From contig LVLI01000229.1 of the NCBI GenBank assembly GCA_001687465.1, positions 124,001-188,000 on the forward strand: a stretch of DNA of 64,000 nucleotides, written 5' to 3'. Both the position numbers and the translations under genes were made by a program. Numbering within the stretch: position 1 is the stretch's first letter; each line of letters begins with the position of its first letter. The notes under the pieces were generated by a model. That model did no database searches. It was not told the DNA's origin and was given only the letters and a program-made list of their open reading frames with translations. The DNA is from Halocafeteria seosinensis. Taxonomy: Eukaryota. Shown in pieces: positions 50,801 to 64,000 of this stretch.

Positions 50801-53800
50801 CCCTTCAGGAAGATCGAATGTTACTCTCGTGTGATTAAACATAGCGTTGGTCACATTTAGGTCCCCCACCTTGACAACTCCCTCAATACCAAAATTTTCA
50901 CCGATCACTGCGACGGGAACAGGAGCTCCTGTCTCGTCTCGTCCTGACGTTGGATAGGTCCCATCCTTGGTGCTAAGACTTTCCATTTGCGCAGGGCGGT
51001 ATGATAGTACCACCGCGCTGGCCCGCTGATTGGACACTGCAACAGAAACGTTGATTCTATCCCCTTGTCCGTTAGGAGGAATACAGTCAATGAAGGTGTG
51101 ATCTGACTTGACTATCACACACCCCTTGGCGCCTACAGTGACCTGCTTCCTGTTCAGAAATGTTTTGCGCACTAGCCTGGTACCAGGATGTTCAGGAGGA
51201 CCGAAGTTACTCCCATGAACCCGTATAATATTATCTGGGTCAACAAGGGTCGGAATGCTAGCCGGACTGACGGACTCCACCACGGGTTTACTAAATCCAA
51301 TGGTAAACTCGAAGAAGTTGCGAAGTTCTCCAGTGTAGAACATAGCTCTCAAACTGTTTCCTGCTCCCTCCGGAACGATGGCCTTAACCAAGGTATGATC
51401 GTGATAGGTAATATTAAGTGACCCAAGACCGTCCACGTCCAGACCAGTGATTTCATCCAAAACACTGCTACCAAAATCGTCTCCCTGAACGTGCACTTCG
51501 CCTCCTTTAGTGGGTATTCTATCCTCGGTAATATGCACGGTGGCGTAGCGAATACACGTTTCGTCGTTCCCTACAAAGACTACGTTTTCTCCGTTTTCCG
51601 GCTCCAATTGAACCAAACATACGGTGGGCGAAGCGTAGTTGACACGAAACTCATTTTCTGGAGACCAAATGCCGTTTATTCGCATGCTCACGGGAAGTGC
51701 TTTGCCAACATTTTCTGGGGTCGAGCAAGTAATGTTGGCTCGCCAAATACCGTCCTGTCCTTGCAAGTAGTTAGTGCTTAAGATACGGCAGGACCGGCCA
51801 CCAACTTCGATGTGGATTTCATTATTGTCCGTGTCTGGCAAGAGCCCTTCAATGTCATAGAGAGTAAGCTCTTCGTTCCCTCTGGTTTTGAAGGTCGGCG
51901 GATCTTGGAACCTTTCTTGTCCGGCGATGCTGGGGGCAATCTTCCCAAATTCCTGAGTTATATTCAATGGTTGATCACGGACCACGATTTCTAGCCAATA
52001 CAACCGCTCAGCTTTATTTTGAACTTGCATCCGGATCTGGTCATGCAATAAGTCGTTCGGCGGAACATAGATAATGGTGCCATCAACATACACGGAGGCA
52101 CAACATGTGCTGCGTCCGCAAGATTGACCACCACAAAAATTGCTCCCGTCTAGCACGACGTCTATAGAATCCCCTTTCGGTACGCTCGGGGCTACATTAT
52201 GCAACTCAGGAGGATCATAGTCGAACCAAGCAGGTTTCGATATTTTGTCGCCAACCTGGACGAATACAGGCCGATTAATTCCGAATCCCTCGGGTAGGCG
52301 GAACTGTATTTCTTGAAATTCATCATTTTCTTCGGACCATCGTAGGCTGGATTCATCTATTCTAAAACGGGTCAAATTGTCAAGCCAGCTCTTGAGGACG
52401 TCTCCGTTTATACCAGCGTCATTAAGTTTTGAAACATAGTCGCCTGGAAACGCTTGCTGGATCTCGGCAAACCGTCCCAACGTATCGAAGATATCAGGTA
52501 TTCGTCCGTTTTCTTCAATGCGCGAAATTATCCCACTGTTGTCCATCAGCACATACACCTTTTTATCTTCCAGAAGATTAATTCCCATATGGCGGCCAAC
52601 GAGGGACACAAGAGGCATTTCCGTCTCAAGAATACTGTAGCCAGTCGGTCCATTCCCAGGGGAAATGTGTGTGATTATCGGGGCCGCATAACTGGTCGTA
52701 TTAATACTTCGCTCGCTTCTCTGGTTTGCGATACTAACAGTCCAATGATGATTGCTTCCTATCCCCTCACCAACTACGCATCGTATTCGATGGTGACTTA
52801 TCACACGACAGGACTGACCTCTGTATTTCAAACTCCGAGGACCAAAGCGAACAAAATCCAGCAACATTTCACCATGTTCGGGAGGGCCGAAATTGTCACC
52901 CACGATGTCGATTTCATCGCCACCGAGAGTGTCTAGAGATCCGGGATGTGATCCATTAACGCTTTCAAAATGACTCACTATTGGTGGAGAATAGCTTGTT
53001 GTAGATACTTGAGAATTCTGCCCCCCAATCACTACTTCCCAAAAGTGATTAGCACCTGCCCCAGGTGGTGTCAAGCACTGGAGCGTGTGATGGTCAATAG
53101 CCTCGCAGCGGTCGGTGGCAAAAGTTACGCCGTCTTCACTAAAGAAAACCTCGTCGGGCTGGGTCCCAGGTGGACCAAAGTGCCTACCGTCTATAAGTAC
53201 AGTTTGATTCCCTGCGGTACTAAAGTCGTCCGTGTCTTCACCAACAGGGGCCTCAAGTGCGCGGCGATAGGTTGCCACGATTGGAGGATGATAGTTGCTC
53301 ACGCTTGCTACCGTATTCGAGAATTGACCTGCTACCAGCACTTTCCAGATATGCCGTTTACCAACTCCTTCCACAGTGGTGCACTTCAGCATCGTGTGAG
53401 CTGCTTCGAGGAGGCAATCCGTAGCCTCATATTCCAAGCTCGGTCCGTATTGCACCTCTAGTGGATATTGCTTTTCCCACACTGGCCCAAAGTTGTATCC
53501 AATAGCATATATGATTTCGTTCCCCCGTGTGTTTAGATTCCTCGGCATTTCTCCTACGGCGTTTGTAATGTCCGTTAGAGTCGGCGGATCATAGTCTAGT
53601 AAACGTGCGCTATCGCTGAATGTTGACAAGAGCTTTGATACATCCAAAGACCAAGTGTATCCCGTGCCGATTCCCTCAGGTATATCACACAGCGCCCACG
53701 TGTGGTTATGATTGCTTGGTAAGCATGTAGCGGCGACTGAGAAGTTTTGATTATGAATATATGCCGCAATTGGGTGCCCTCTTGGGCCAAAGTTATTCCC

Positions 53801-56800
53801 CACCAACTCTACCGCATCTCTTGCTCCTGTCGTAGGTGTGTCATTTACAAGCAGAGCAACCTCGAAAACGTACGGGCTTGCATACTCCACAAATGGTCCC
53901 GACATCAGCCATCCTGATTCTTGAGCCCACGTACTTGTTCGTATACCTACTATAATTTTAAACTCGAGTTTTTTACCCGTTCCGGCAGCAGTTCTGCACC
54001 TCATGCGTGTGTCGTTGAAGACTGTACACGGACTACCTTTATGATAGTCCTTCAACGAATTCCGATAGATTACCGTCGCTGGAGTCTCATACGTGCTACC
54101 GTTTGCATCGGATAGTAGTGGTGGTCCAAATCCAGTGCCCACCAGGTAAAAAAACTGTCCACCGCTCGTTTCAGCACCTCCTTCAGGCCAGCCTGCAATT
54201 TTGTCCAACCATGGACTATGATAAGACGAAAGTAGCTCCGGAGACTCGTATTCATGCTCATCGACAAATAGTGTCCAGCCCAGCCTACCGCCCACTCCTT
54301 CAGGCACGATGCAAGTGACAAGTGAGTTATCCCACTCCTCAGACGTGGAGTTATAGTTCCGGAAACACTGGGAGGGATGTGAAACCGTCCCATCCGCGCT
54401 CTGCAGTCTTGCTACTACTTGGGCATCCCTCCATACGGGGCCAAAATTCCTGCCAACAAAATGTATCAAGTTCCCACCAGTAGTTGAGTGCTGGATTGCC
54501 TCGAAATTTGTCACTTCCATATCATTTACTCCTTCAAGGTGTATGGTAACATTTGCTTCATCCGTCAGTCCTTCCTCGTCAATGACCCTAACCTTGGCAC
54601 AATGTCGAGGGTACTGATCATAGTTAAAGGATTGCCCTGGAGAGAGACGCAGCTCATCTCCTACAAACCGAACAAGTCCTGCTACATCACTGTGGAGAAC
54701 CTCAAACTCATGAGAAATACTCCGGTCGAAAGGCACACGGTCGCTGAAATTCAGGGTGGAAGTAATCGCCTCATCACTTGATATACTTTCTGGAACAGTT
54801 ACTTGAAAATGATCAGAATTGAACAAGGGAGCAGTATTCACGAATTCCACCTCCACTTCATATTCAGCGCTGGTGCTCAGATGCGTTTGGTCAATGACAG
54901 TAATGTTGAGTGCATAGTGATTCTGTCGATTGTAATTGAGATTTCCCACCAATGTCAAATTTGATACTGAGTAGTGGCCTGTGTCAAAGAAATGCGGTTC
55001 CGTGTTATCGAATGATTGTTGAACGTCACTTGTGTCCCACAGCGTGACGCTAAAGGTTAGGGAATACGAGCTGTCTTGATCCGGGTCAAAAGTTTGAAAA
55101 CCGGCCAATGCTGTACCGACTTCTTCATTTTCTTTCACTGAAACAAATGCTACCGCGGGCATATCAATAAACTCAGGAGGTTGAGGAATGTCATTCACAG
55201 TGACATTGATCTGACCAATTGGGCTTTGTAAGCTTGCCTGGTCGGTACATACAACATCCAAAATTCCATAACTTTGGGGGAGGCTATAGTAGTCAAGTTT
55301 GGTAGGATCCTCTACGTACAGCACCCCACTAAGGGAATTCATCCTAAACAAAGTGGAGAAGAAAGGCGGATCCGCTCCCAAAACGTTGAATTGGACGTTT
55401 CCTCCATTCGGGTCAGTGCAACCCAAGTGGACATCTTCGAGTGCACCATCATGAAGTTCGTCCACTGTTGTGCTGTAGATGCGTTTGTTTTCGAAGAACG
55501 GCCGGAAATTACCTGTCCAATATGGCGGCGCTTGCTCTTCGATTACCTTTATTGGAAACAACCCCTGCGTCGTCAAGCCATTTATGTCAGAGATCTCCAC
55601 GGTTAGGAAGAGAGTGTCTCCTTTTTCTACCCCGAAGTCAATCGACCTAGAATCTTGAGAGACATTTCTCCCTTCCAGGACAGGGTATATCATACCAGTT
55701 TCTGCATCTACTTGCAGAAATTCGGGTCCGTCAACTAGGGAGAATGTAACCTCGTCCTCGCGGTCGGGATCTGTTGCCTCGATCCTACCCAGTTGCTCAC
55801 CTTGTCCGACAACATCCATATGAAACGTCTGGTTCTCAGGATCAAAGACTGGTGCTTCATTGACATCATTGATATTGATGCGTATTGTTTTTTGAGTTGA
55901 CAAGTCATTAATAATATCCGTAACCTTGACACCGACCTCATGGACGGTATTTGGAAACGTTGACTCATAGTCAAGTGTTGCTGCTTCAGCCAATTCCACA
56001 TTGCCGTCGTTCTTGACTCTAATTTTCTCAGAGGAAGACTCAAGGCTAAACTCAAAGTCCGATTGAGCGGAGGAATATGGGAGATCTGTCCCTTCGAACT
56101 TATCGGGGTCCGATACTTGGATGCAAAACAGGTGCCGTTCCCCGTTGGCATCGCGTTCCACTACATGCACAGAGTCATTTAGCACGACTGGAGGCTCTGG
56201 TACGTCGACAACGAACACCTGCAAGTCCCGCTCTATCGCCTGATTCGAATCAGCAATACTCTCAGCCTTGATTGTGACAGAGTGACTCTGAGCCTCCTCA
56301 TAATCCATCCCGTCAGCAACGTTTACCCTCAGTATGCCATCCGACAAATCTATAGAGAATTCCTGATTGTTCCCGCCCCCATTTATTGCCGTAACTTCGT
56401 AAAGTATGATATGTTCGTCTGCAGTGCAGAAGAAAGGAGAAACATCTATGGTGGCGTCTTCATTACTCTCTGGAAGAGTTTGACACTTCGCAGGTGGAAT
56501 AAAACGAGGAGGCTGTGCTTTCGGAATCACGTCAATGATCACGTCTGTCGGCACGGATGTAAGTGGTCCGGGCTTTGAATCCTCGCTGTCAACTACTGTA
56601 GCCTCAATAGACGCGCGAATCCATTGGTCATGACGCTTGCAGTTCTTACAGTCCTCTTCACTAAGGCAGGCAAAGGACGAAAACCATTCATCATCAGCAA
56701 CAGATAACATACCAGAAGTAGTGAGTACTACTCGATCCTCGGCCTCTCCAAGATTATTGGTCGCTGTAAGTAACCTGAACTCAAAACGTTTGCCATGGTT

Positions 56801-59478
56801 ATCGCTGGCCACAATTTCTCCGATTTTTGCTCCCTTGGAACGCTCCTCTACCTCGAATTCTGTAGTTTCTATAAGCGGCCTCTCCCTCCTATCTTGTACT
56901 TCGACTGGCAGAACCGCGGTAGTCTTTCCTGATAGATCATCAGTGTAGATAACAGGGAGAGTCCTTGGCAACTGCCCCCGATTGGAATAGTCAAGATAGG
57001 AGGCATCTTTTACGTGGACGGCCCCGTTCGACTGAACTGAAAACGCTTTGCAAGATGTATCTGTCGTACAATCACCAATTGATACCTTCACTCGATCATC
57101 GTCAGGGTCCGAAACAAACTCTCTGCTCACTATGTTCGCTGGTGACGACTTATTTTCCACCGCCGTAAGGGGAGTCCCAACAGGTGTACCCTCAACGATG
57201 TATAGCGTTGGAGTGTTGTCCTCTACAATGGGCCGTCGATTGCGTTGTTCCATTTTAATCTCGATGCGCTCCTCCAGTTGACCTTCGGAGCTACCCGGCC
57301 TGTTGTCACTCACCTTAACGTACATTTCTAGACGGCCCTGCATTTCTTCAAGAGAGAGTGGATTTGCAACACGCAATTGTCCCGAGCAGGTCTCTACAGA
57401 GAAGGGATAATTATCTGCCGCTATCGACTGGCCGTCATGGTGAATGCACGCGATTGAAAATGCTATCTGGTCACCATCAGGGTCGTAGAAATACTGGTTT
57501 AAACGGTCCCCTACGGTTTCATTGAATGGCTGTCCTCGTCGCGCAACAAATTGTAGGTGTTCTGAAGCACTACTTGTTTTCCTAGGTGACGAATTCTGGA
57601 ACTCAACTCCCACCGAGAGTGTACATTGCTCTTTGAGTCGGGTGTCTCCTCCTCCTTCCTCCAGCGTCCCTTCGACTACCACTCTGTACCTGTCGCAGTC
57701 GGAGAAGTGTAGTGTTTCATCCTTGGCGATTTGCAATTGCGCCTTCTTTTGCTCAATACTACCTTCATCCCCAGGAGGATTATAAATGATGTCTGAATCC
57801 TTGTAGCTGACGATAGAAAGAGTCTCTGAGCTTGTAACATCATCAGTACAACGCCTTCCATGTCCGTCTCTTCCGTCTTCAACGATCGAGAGAATTCTAA
57901 ATGTTAAGCTTTTGTACTTAGATCTCGCCTCCAAAAAGATTTCATCTCCGATAGGTGTAGCGTGGTCTCTGGGACTCGTTACTTGGGGAGCGAATATGCT
58001 CTTGGATCTCCAAGAGCAGTGAGGATCTTTCCATTCCAGCTTGGGCGTTTTCACGCCAAGACGGCATACAGAGTCGCGCGGGCACTCCTCACATCCCGTT
58101 CTCGTGGACCTAGTATCTTTGGTCTCAGGAGTTGTATAGCCGTTTTCGCACTGATGTCTTTCACCACTGATGCAGTACACGCTGGGATCCCTGATTGAGC
58201 AAGCGAACTCCGTTGGTGAAGAGCTCCCAGGTGGGCAATGGAATCCATCGGCACATTTTCCATTACATTCATCCGTTGTCAATCCAAGATCTGCTCCATA
58301 GAATCCTTTAGGGCAGGGAGTGCGTTCGCCGTCTTTACAATAGTACCCTTCGGGGCACTTCTTTTGTTTTTCGCGGGTCAACTTCCTGTCAGGATCAAGA
58401 GGAAGAGTGTAATACCCTTCCGATACAACCGAGAATGTCTTGCTTCCCTTTGGACAAAATTTCCACACTTTACCACAACGCTGTTCCTTTCCCTTAGCGG
58501 TACCAGAAGGGCAAAACATTCCGGCGGGGCAAGGACTGGTACATTCCTCGGAAGTCTCTCCCGCTGTACCATAGTTTCCAGCTAAACAGTTCTTACAGTC
58601 TTTTAAAGATGTGTTACTCTTGTCGCTACTGAATCTTCCAGCAGGGCAGCGTGTGCAATCCTCTTTTCCGTCCAATCCTCTCGAGGAGCCAAAGCGTCCC
58701 GGTGGACACGGTAACGAGCGTTTTCGCCAAGCCCCAACGTAGCGACCCTGTGCGGCAAGCCTACAAGAAGCAGCTCCCCGGTTTCCCTGAAATCTCCCGG
58801 GATTACAAGATGCACAATACTCCCTCGAATCGACACTGGACTTCCCACGTCGACAGCGATAGCATGTGTTCCTCCATTCACGCTTTCCTCGTGGGCACTT
58901 TCTGCAAGTATCCCATCCCTTTCCGCTGGTCTTTCCGCCTGCAACACGAAGTTCCATGAGAATGGTGGTGGTGACATCAAGAAATTAGTAACTTTGGCCA
59001 CTCACCTGGGCAAAAACGGCACTGCGTTTTCCTAACCTCGAATTTACCAGCGGGGCACTCTGTGCATTCCGCCTGATTGAATACTGGTGTTTGCCCTGGC
59101 TTGCATTCGCTGCAACTGGAACTACCCTCGCCAGACACTTCGCCTGTAGGGCAAGATTTGCAGGACCTGGCCCAATGAGATGTTTTGTCCATGAATTTAC
59201 CAGCCTGTAACTCCAATTTAGATGTCAGTTGGTTTTTGCGAACGGAGGGTGCAATTGCGCTACTCAGTGCTTACATTACAAGAGCAGCAGCCATTAAAAG
59301 TCGTGCACTCATAACCTTTTCCGTACACACCACCTGTGCTTGTCCATGTACAATCCCGGAATTGTCCATAATAATAGCCGGGTCCACACCGGTGGTACCC
59401 GTAGCTCCGGTAACAGTGTCCGCAAGCACTTTGGTAAAGGAGAGCGAGAGTGAGCCAAAAAATTAGGTAGAGCTGCAT
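47849..59478 (-). CDS. Giant surface receptor C2 (~3830 aa), paralog of C1 (Nonagonal-cadherin-like)
   Basis: Exons 59478-59275, 59204-59006 and 58938-47849 (introns 70 and 67 bp, same phases as C1; 11493 nt). Signal MQLYLIFWLTLALLYQSACG; cadherin motifs (ININDVNEAPVF, LDYE); IPT repeats; 9 TM. Confidence 0.9.
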
Positions 59479-60323
59479 TTCCCCGCCTCCGTCGAACATC
59501 CAGATCCACTGCAGCAAGAAAGTGGAGCATCAGGGTTTCGCATACGTTTACTGTTTTCGCATGAAATCACGAGCCTCACACCAGCAAGAATCCCCCCCTG
59601 GGCAAATGCTCGCGCTTGGCCATCCATCGGATGTGTACTCTACTCACATATGACCTATCACAGGGAGGTCAAAAGATGTAGCATGACACGATGTGGTCAA
59701 ATATCTTCCGCCCGCGAAGGCATGGGTGCAAAATAAATCAGAAAAACAAGCGGCGAGCGGGAACTTACTGAGGTTGGTTCTTGAACGGGGACACGCAAGA
59801 TGTTGAACGATGCCACAGAGTGGCTGGTGCAGTCTCATAGACAACGTGGAATCAATAACGACAGGTTCATAGTAGCTGGATATCACACAGTGCAGTATAA
59901 AGTATACTACCCAGCGCAAAGAAAAGAAACACGGTCGCAATCAGAGCAGCAACCTGCGACGATCCCCGATCCGCGATTCGCCAACAAACAATCTGTTTAG
60001 TTAGTAACGCACCCCATCAGTGGCGTCACCGAGGAGTTCTACTCCAACGACGACCCGTCGCCCGATAATTTCGGTGCCACCTCTACCCGAATCCCTAAAA
60101 GCGAGGTGCGCCTCCGCCAGCAAGTAAAGTGGAAGGGATTCAGACAGATAAAGGTGCACTTTGTATATATTCCTTAAATACAGTAGGTAATTAAACCGAG
60201 AACGTGAATGATACCTCCAGAAAAGGAAGATGGGCTAGACTTGCTGAAAGCGTGCTCTTACTCTCCATTTTCAATTGCCGGAGTTGCGTTGGTGGATGAA
60301 CCTACTGAGCTCGGCGATGGAGG

Positions 60324-63300
60324 TCATTCATTGCTTCGAGTTGCCGACACCCGCCTTCGATTGTTTCGAAAAGAGCTGGACCTTTTCAAGTCTTTAAGCG
60401 AGTTTCCTTGGTTCTTGAAGGCTAAAGCTCGTTCAATAACTTCCGTTTCTCCTGACTGCTCCTTCCGACCAGCTACTATCGAGGGGGTATAGGCATGCTT
60501 AAAGAATTGCCGCTGGCTATTTACCATCATATGCTGGCGAAATTCATTCTTTTTTTCCTGTACACTTTGCTCACGAAGCATATGAAGAGTTTCAACCTTC
60601 CTCAAGCGTTTTATCTCCCCCAATGCTTCCTCCAGCCGAATCTTGTAACCCCGACTCTCCTCAACCACGCCTGCTGATACACTTCTTGCTTTATTCGATT
60701 CCCGCTGTGGTAAGACGAGGGGATTAACTTGTGTATCGTAACTGTCGCCCCCGGATAATGACTTCGTTGACGACCCACAGCGCAGTAGCATACCCGATCT
60801 TGTGGAACTGCCCATATCATCGATGTTCTTAGCTTTGACCTTCTTTCCACAAGAAAAGCAAGACGTTATTTTCAACGCTGTATAAAGACGGAATGTGCTC
60901 AAGAGTTCAAACGTAAGTACTAGCGCGAAATACAGGCAACTCAGTGTGATCAGCAATACTGTAAGTACACCTAACAACTCAAACTCCGCCTCATGGCGTT
61001 CTTTGTGTTCTCCTTGAAACCTTGTGGACAAGAACATGATTCCAGCCAGATTAACCAGAAGCGCACTTCCAAGCAAGACTGACTCTACGACGTTGTAATC
61101 TGCAAGAGCTCGCACGATCGGTTCAGATACAGGGATGCCCTCCCTGGCATCATCCAGTAACTTCCGCTGCGCACTCATTGTATTCGCTTTCTTGCTAAGG
61201 CGTTCCTTCGAAGCACAAGCGTCGAGTACAGACTGTATCTTCATATGCATTTCATCCCCTTCACGTACTTTCCGCTGGTGCTCTTCCAGTACCTCCTGAT
61301 ATTGTCTCTTGCTCATGTAGGGGGTATGCCGAATATGCATGGAGAAGGAAGCGAAGATTACAAGCAGAGACATTCCTAGCTGGTATGTTGGAGAGGTTCT
61401 GAACATCAACGCTGTGAAAGCAATTAGCAGTTTTCTCATCAGAATCAGGGTGATCCAATACCATTTTCCAGGCTTGAATAAGTAATAAAGGCGTTGGTAC
61501 CTCCTACGGAAAACGTAGTGTGGGTTGGTAATCGGGCTCATTCCCTTGCCATGCGCTCGGAGTATCTGGTCGTGCTTCGCTTTCTCTTTATTCCGGCGAA
61601 GAAACAGAAAGGAACCAATCGGAAATGACAGCACATATAAAATTGCTGTCACTAACGCCAAAGGCAACAGCAGTTTCACATGGACAACTGATTCCCCGCA
61701 TATGATGTTGGTATTCCCTGCCATATAGAGATTTCCGTCCGGTGGATCGGTCGGACTGCAGTTAAACACGTCCAACGTCATCCGGGCAAGGAACAGGTAG
61801 AGAACGTACATGATAATGATCATCGTCGCAATCAAAGCATTCAAGTGGGTATGCCGCTTACTCGCAGGACGTTTCAACACACAAAGCTTGTACAGGTAGT
61901 GGATGCAGTACAGCAAAGCTAGCAGCACAGCAGCAACCAATGGAATGGCCATGGTAGCCATCCATCGAATTTCGTAGGGTGGAGCCGGCTGAACGTAGCA
62001 TTCTGGAGCAGCCAGTTCCAAGTTAAAGTTGAAGAACGACAAAATCTGTAAAGCACGTTCCATCGAGCTTGGCCATTGCACACGTGTCCTTGCAAAGATC
62101 GCCACCACTTGGAAATAATCTAAACCAATTGTAAATGCCGCAAGTTGGATCTGCTTAGCATTGATCAAGTATCCACCAACGGTAGCACCAATAGCAACGA
62201 CTGCGAACATAACACCAAGTAGCCAAGCATGGTTTGGGCACGGTTCGCATTCACCATTGATCCGGAAATGAGTTCCATCTGCACACATGCTGCAGCGTGT
62301 GGACGTATAGCCGTCTGCACACGTATTGTTGCCAATGCAGGCAAACTTAGGCTCGCATGCGAGGAATACGGGACACTCGTCGCGTCCTTGACGCTTTTTG
62401 TGACATCTACTGGAGGGAGTCGTATCATTCACTCTCCAGAATCCTTCCTCCGAGTAGACAAGGTCGATCCTACGCTCCCCTCCAGGGCAGATTGCTCCTA
62501 CTTCCTCTTTCGGACAATATAAACACGACTCGCCTTCTAACCCGTACCAGTCGGGTTCGCACCGGCTCACTATGAATTCTCGCCATTTAGGAAAATTCAC
62601 TTGTCTCTCCGCTACCGTAAGGTTTATACTCTTTGGACCTACGCCATCGCGTTGCATTCGACACTCAATAAATGAATCACTTTGCACGAAGGCGTTCTCG
62701 CAGGGAATACCACCCAGTACCACAGAAACGGATTTCGTTGCTGGTCCAAAGTTTTGGCCTTCTATCATGATCACTTCGCCTTCAGCATCCGGGGTATTAG
62801 GCTTTACAGCTACGATCCGGGGAGGATCGTATGACATCATGGCAGTTTCAACCGAGCCAACCCCACCAACCGTCACTTTCGTAACCAACTGAGTACCAAT
62901 TCCAGGAGCTAGTACGCAATATACTTCGTCGTGCTTCATCGCACTGAGTAAAGCAGCCGTGATTGCGCATGGCTCTTCTCCCACGCGCACCCCAACAACC
63001 CCAGCAGAGGGGCCAAATTTTTACCAATTATGCGAAGCGGTACGTTACCAGATGCAGGAAAGCAATTTGGGTATTCCTTCATGCAGTCTTCGTTTCCGTT
63101 TAGAGTCGTGCATCTGTCGAAGGGGACGCAGGTTCGACTGGTTTGAAAGTCGTCGTTTGACCGGTCAACTTGGAAAACCTCAGGAGGATCGTATGTGAAC
63201 GCCAAAGGCGCCAGTAAGCCAGCAATGGGACTGCTCCACCCGTCAACGAGTACGCTAACTTGGTTCTCACCGTATCCTTCCGGGAGTGTGAATGCAGCCA

Positions 63301-64000
63301 TGGTATGGTTGAGCGATGCACCGAGAACTTCTTTGCCCCCGAAAACCACTCTTCCACTAACGCCGAAGTTCTCCCCTGTCACCACCACAGTAATCGGGTT
63401 GTTTGTATCATCCAGACCCGAAGTCGGATTCTCTCCGGTCAGGGTAAATATAGTATCCATACGGGCAGGTCTATACGAAAGCAACTTGTCGTCGACTACC
63501 GTCTGACCATCAACAGTGACTCGTATTTCCACATTATCGCCTTGGCCATTAGGCGGAATACATTCGATTTCTTGGTGATCGGAGCGAACAATTGTACACG
63601 TTTCTCCTCCAACAAGTACCGTTACATCGGGTGAATTAACTGCTACGGGAAGTCCAGGTCCTGTGGGAGGCCCAAAGTTATCTCCCTGAATTATTATCCT
63701 GTCCTCATCAGGGTTGACAAAAGTAGGAATAGATTGCGGTTCCACATCGCTTAAGACAGGCTTGTCAAAACTTATCGTGAAACTATCTTGGTTACTAGTC
63801 TGCCACGTATAGAATGTAGCAGGTAAGTCGGCGCCGGAGCCCTCAGGCAACATCACCCGGAGGGTGTCATGGTGATGATAGGTAATGTTGACAGGCCCCA
63901 ATCCGAACACATCTAGGTCCGTGTCCTCACCAAGGGCACTAGAGCCGAAATTGCGCCCTTGAATGAGTATTTCGCCTCCTTGCGTAGGTATCTTCTGCGA
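60324..64000 (-). CDS. Giant surface receptor C3, 3' part (5' end outside window); single-base frameshift at ~63016
   Basis: ORFs 62936..63910 and 60324..62990 are collinear with C1/C2. Restoring one T in AATTTGGCCCC gives GKNFGPSAGVVGVRVGEEPC. Confidence 0.87.

Noticed and set aside
51140..51185. Possible in-frame mini-intron in C2 (GTRLVRKTFLNRKQ)
   Set aside because: The frame is open and C3 has a comparable-length insertion at this loop, so an intron is not required.
27275..63634. Numerous short + strand ORFs within the giant receptors
   Set aside because: Antisense shadows with no independent motifs.

Overview
Eukaryotic (protist-like, about 48% GC) genomic DNA with short GT-AG introns (about 60-85 bp). 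It is probably from a stramenopile, an inference that rests mainly on the nine-pass cadherin genes. Almost everything encodes secreted or cell-surface proteins in tandem families. (A) 0.4-14.6 kb: five paralogs with a signal peptide, a conserved ~170-aa 'FxLGRDGY...SWEP...DIGLRY' domain and a variable number of ~64-aa Cys-rich modules. One is disrupted and one is fused to Kelch-like repeats; a further remnant lies at 23 kb. (B) 17.2-19.7 kb: a GLUG-like repeat protein with a Ser/Thr stalk. (C) 23.5-26.2 kb: a spliced low-complexity gene, with a rearranged, decayed copy at 10.6-11.8 kb. (D) Three giant paralogous receptors (two complete at about 3800-4000 aa, the third truncated by the window edge) with Cys-rich repeats, cadherin-like repeats, IPT/TIG repeats and nine TM helices (Nonagonal-cadherin-like). 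(E) 41.2-44.2 kb: two 4-exon secreted proteins with an Asp/Tyr-rich insert and a Lys/Arg-rich tail, plus an orphan alternative last exon. The most intriguing signal is a short C-terminal motif, Q-x-P-x-R-[TV]-[VI] followed by a basic tail, shared by family A and the unrelated GLUG-like protein; it is a candidate sorting or processing signal. A TACWGTA palindrome also appears strongly enriched in non-coding DNA. No rRNA, tRNA or CRISPR array was seen.
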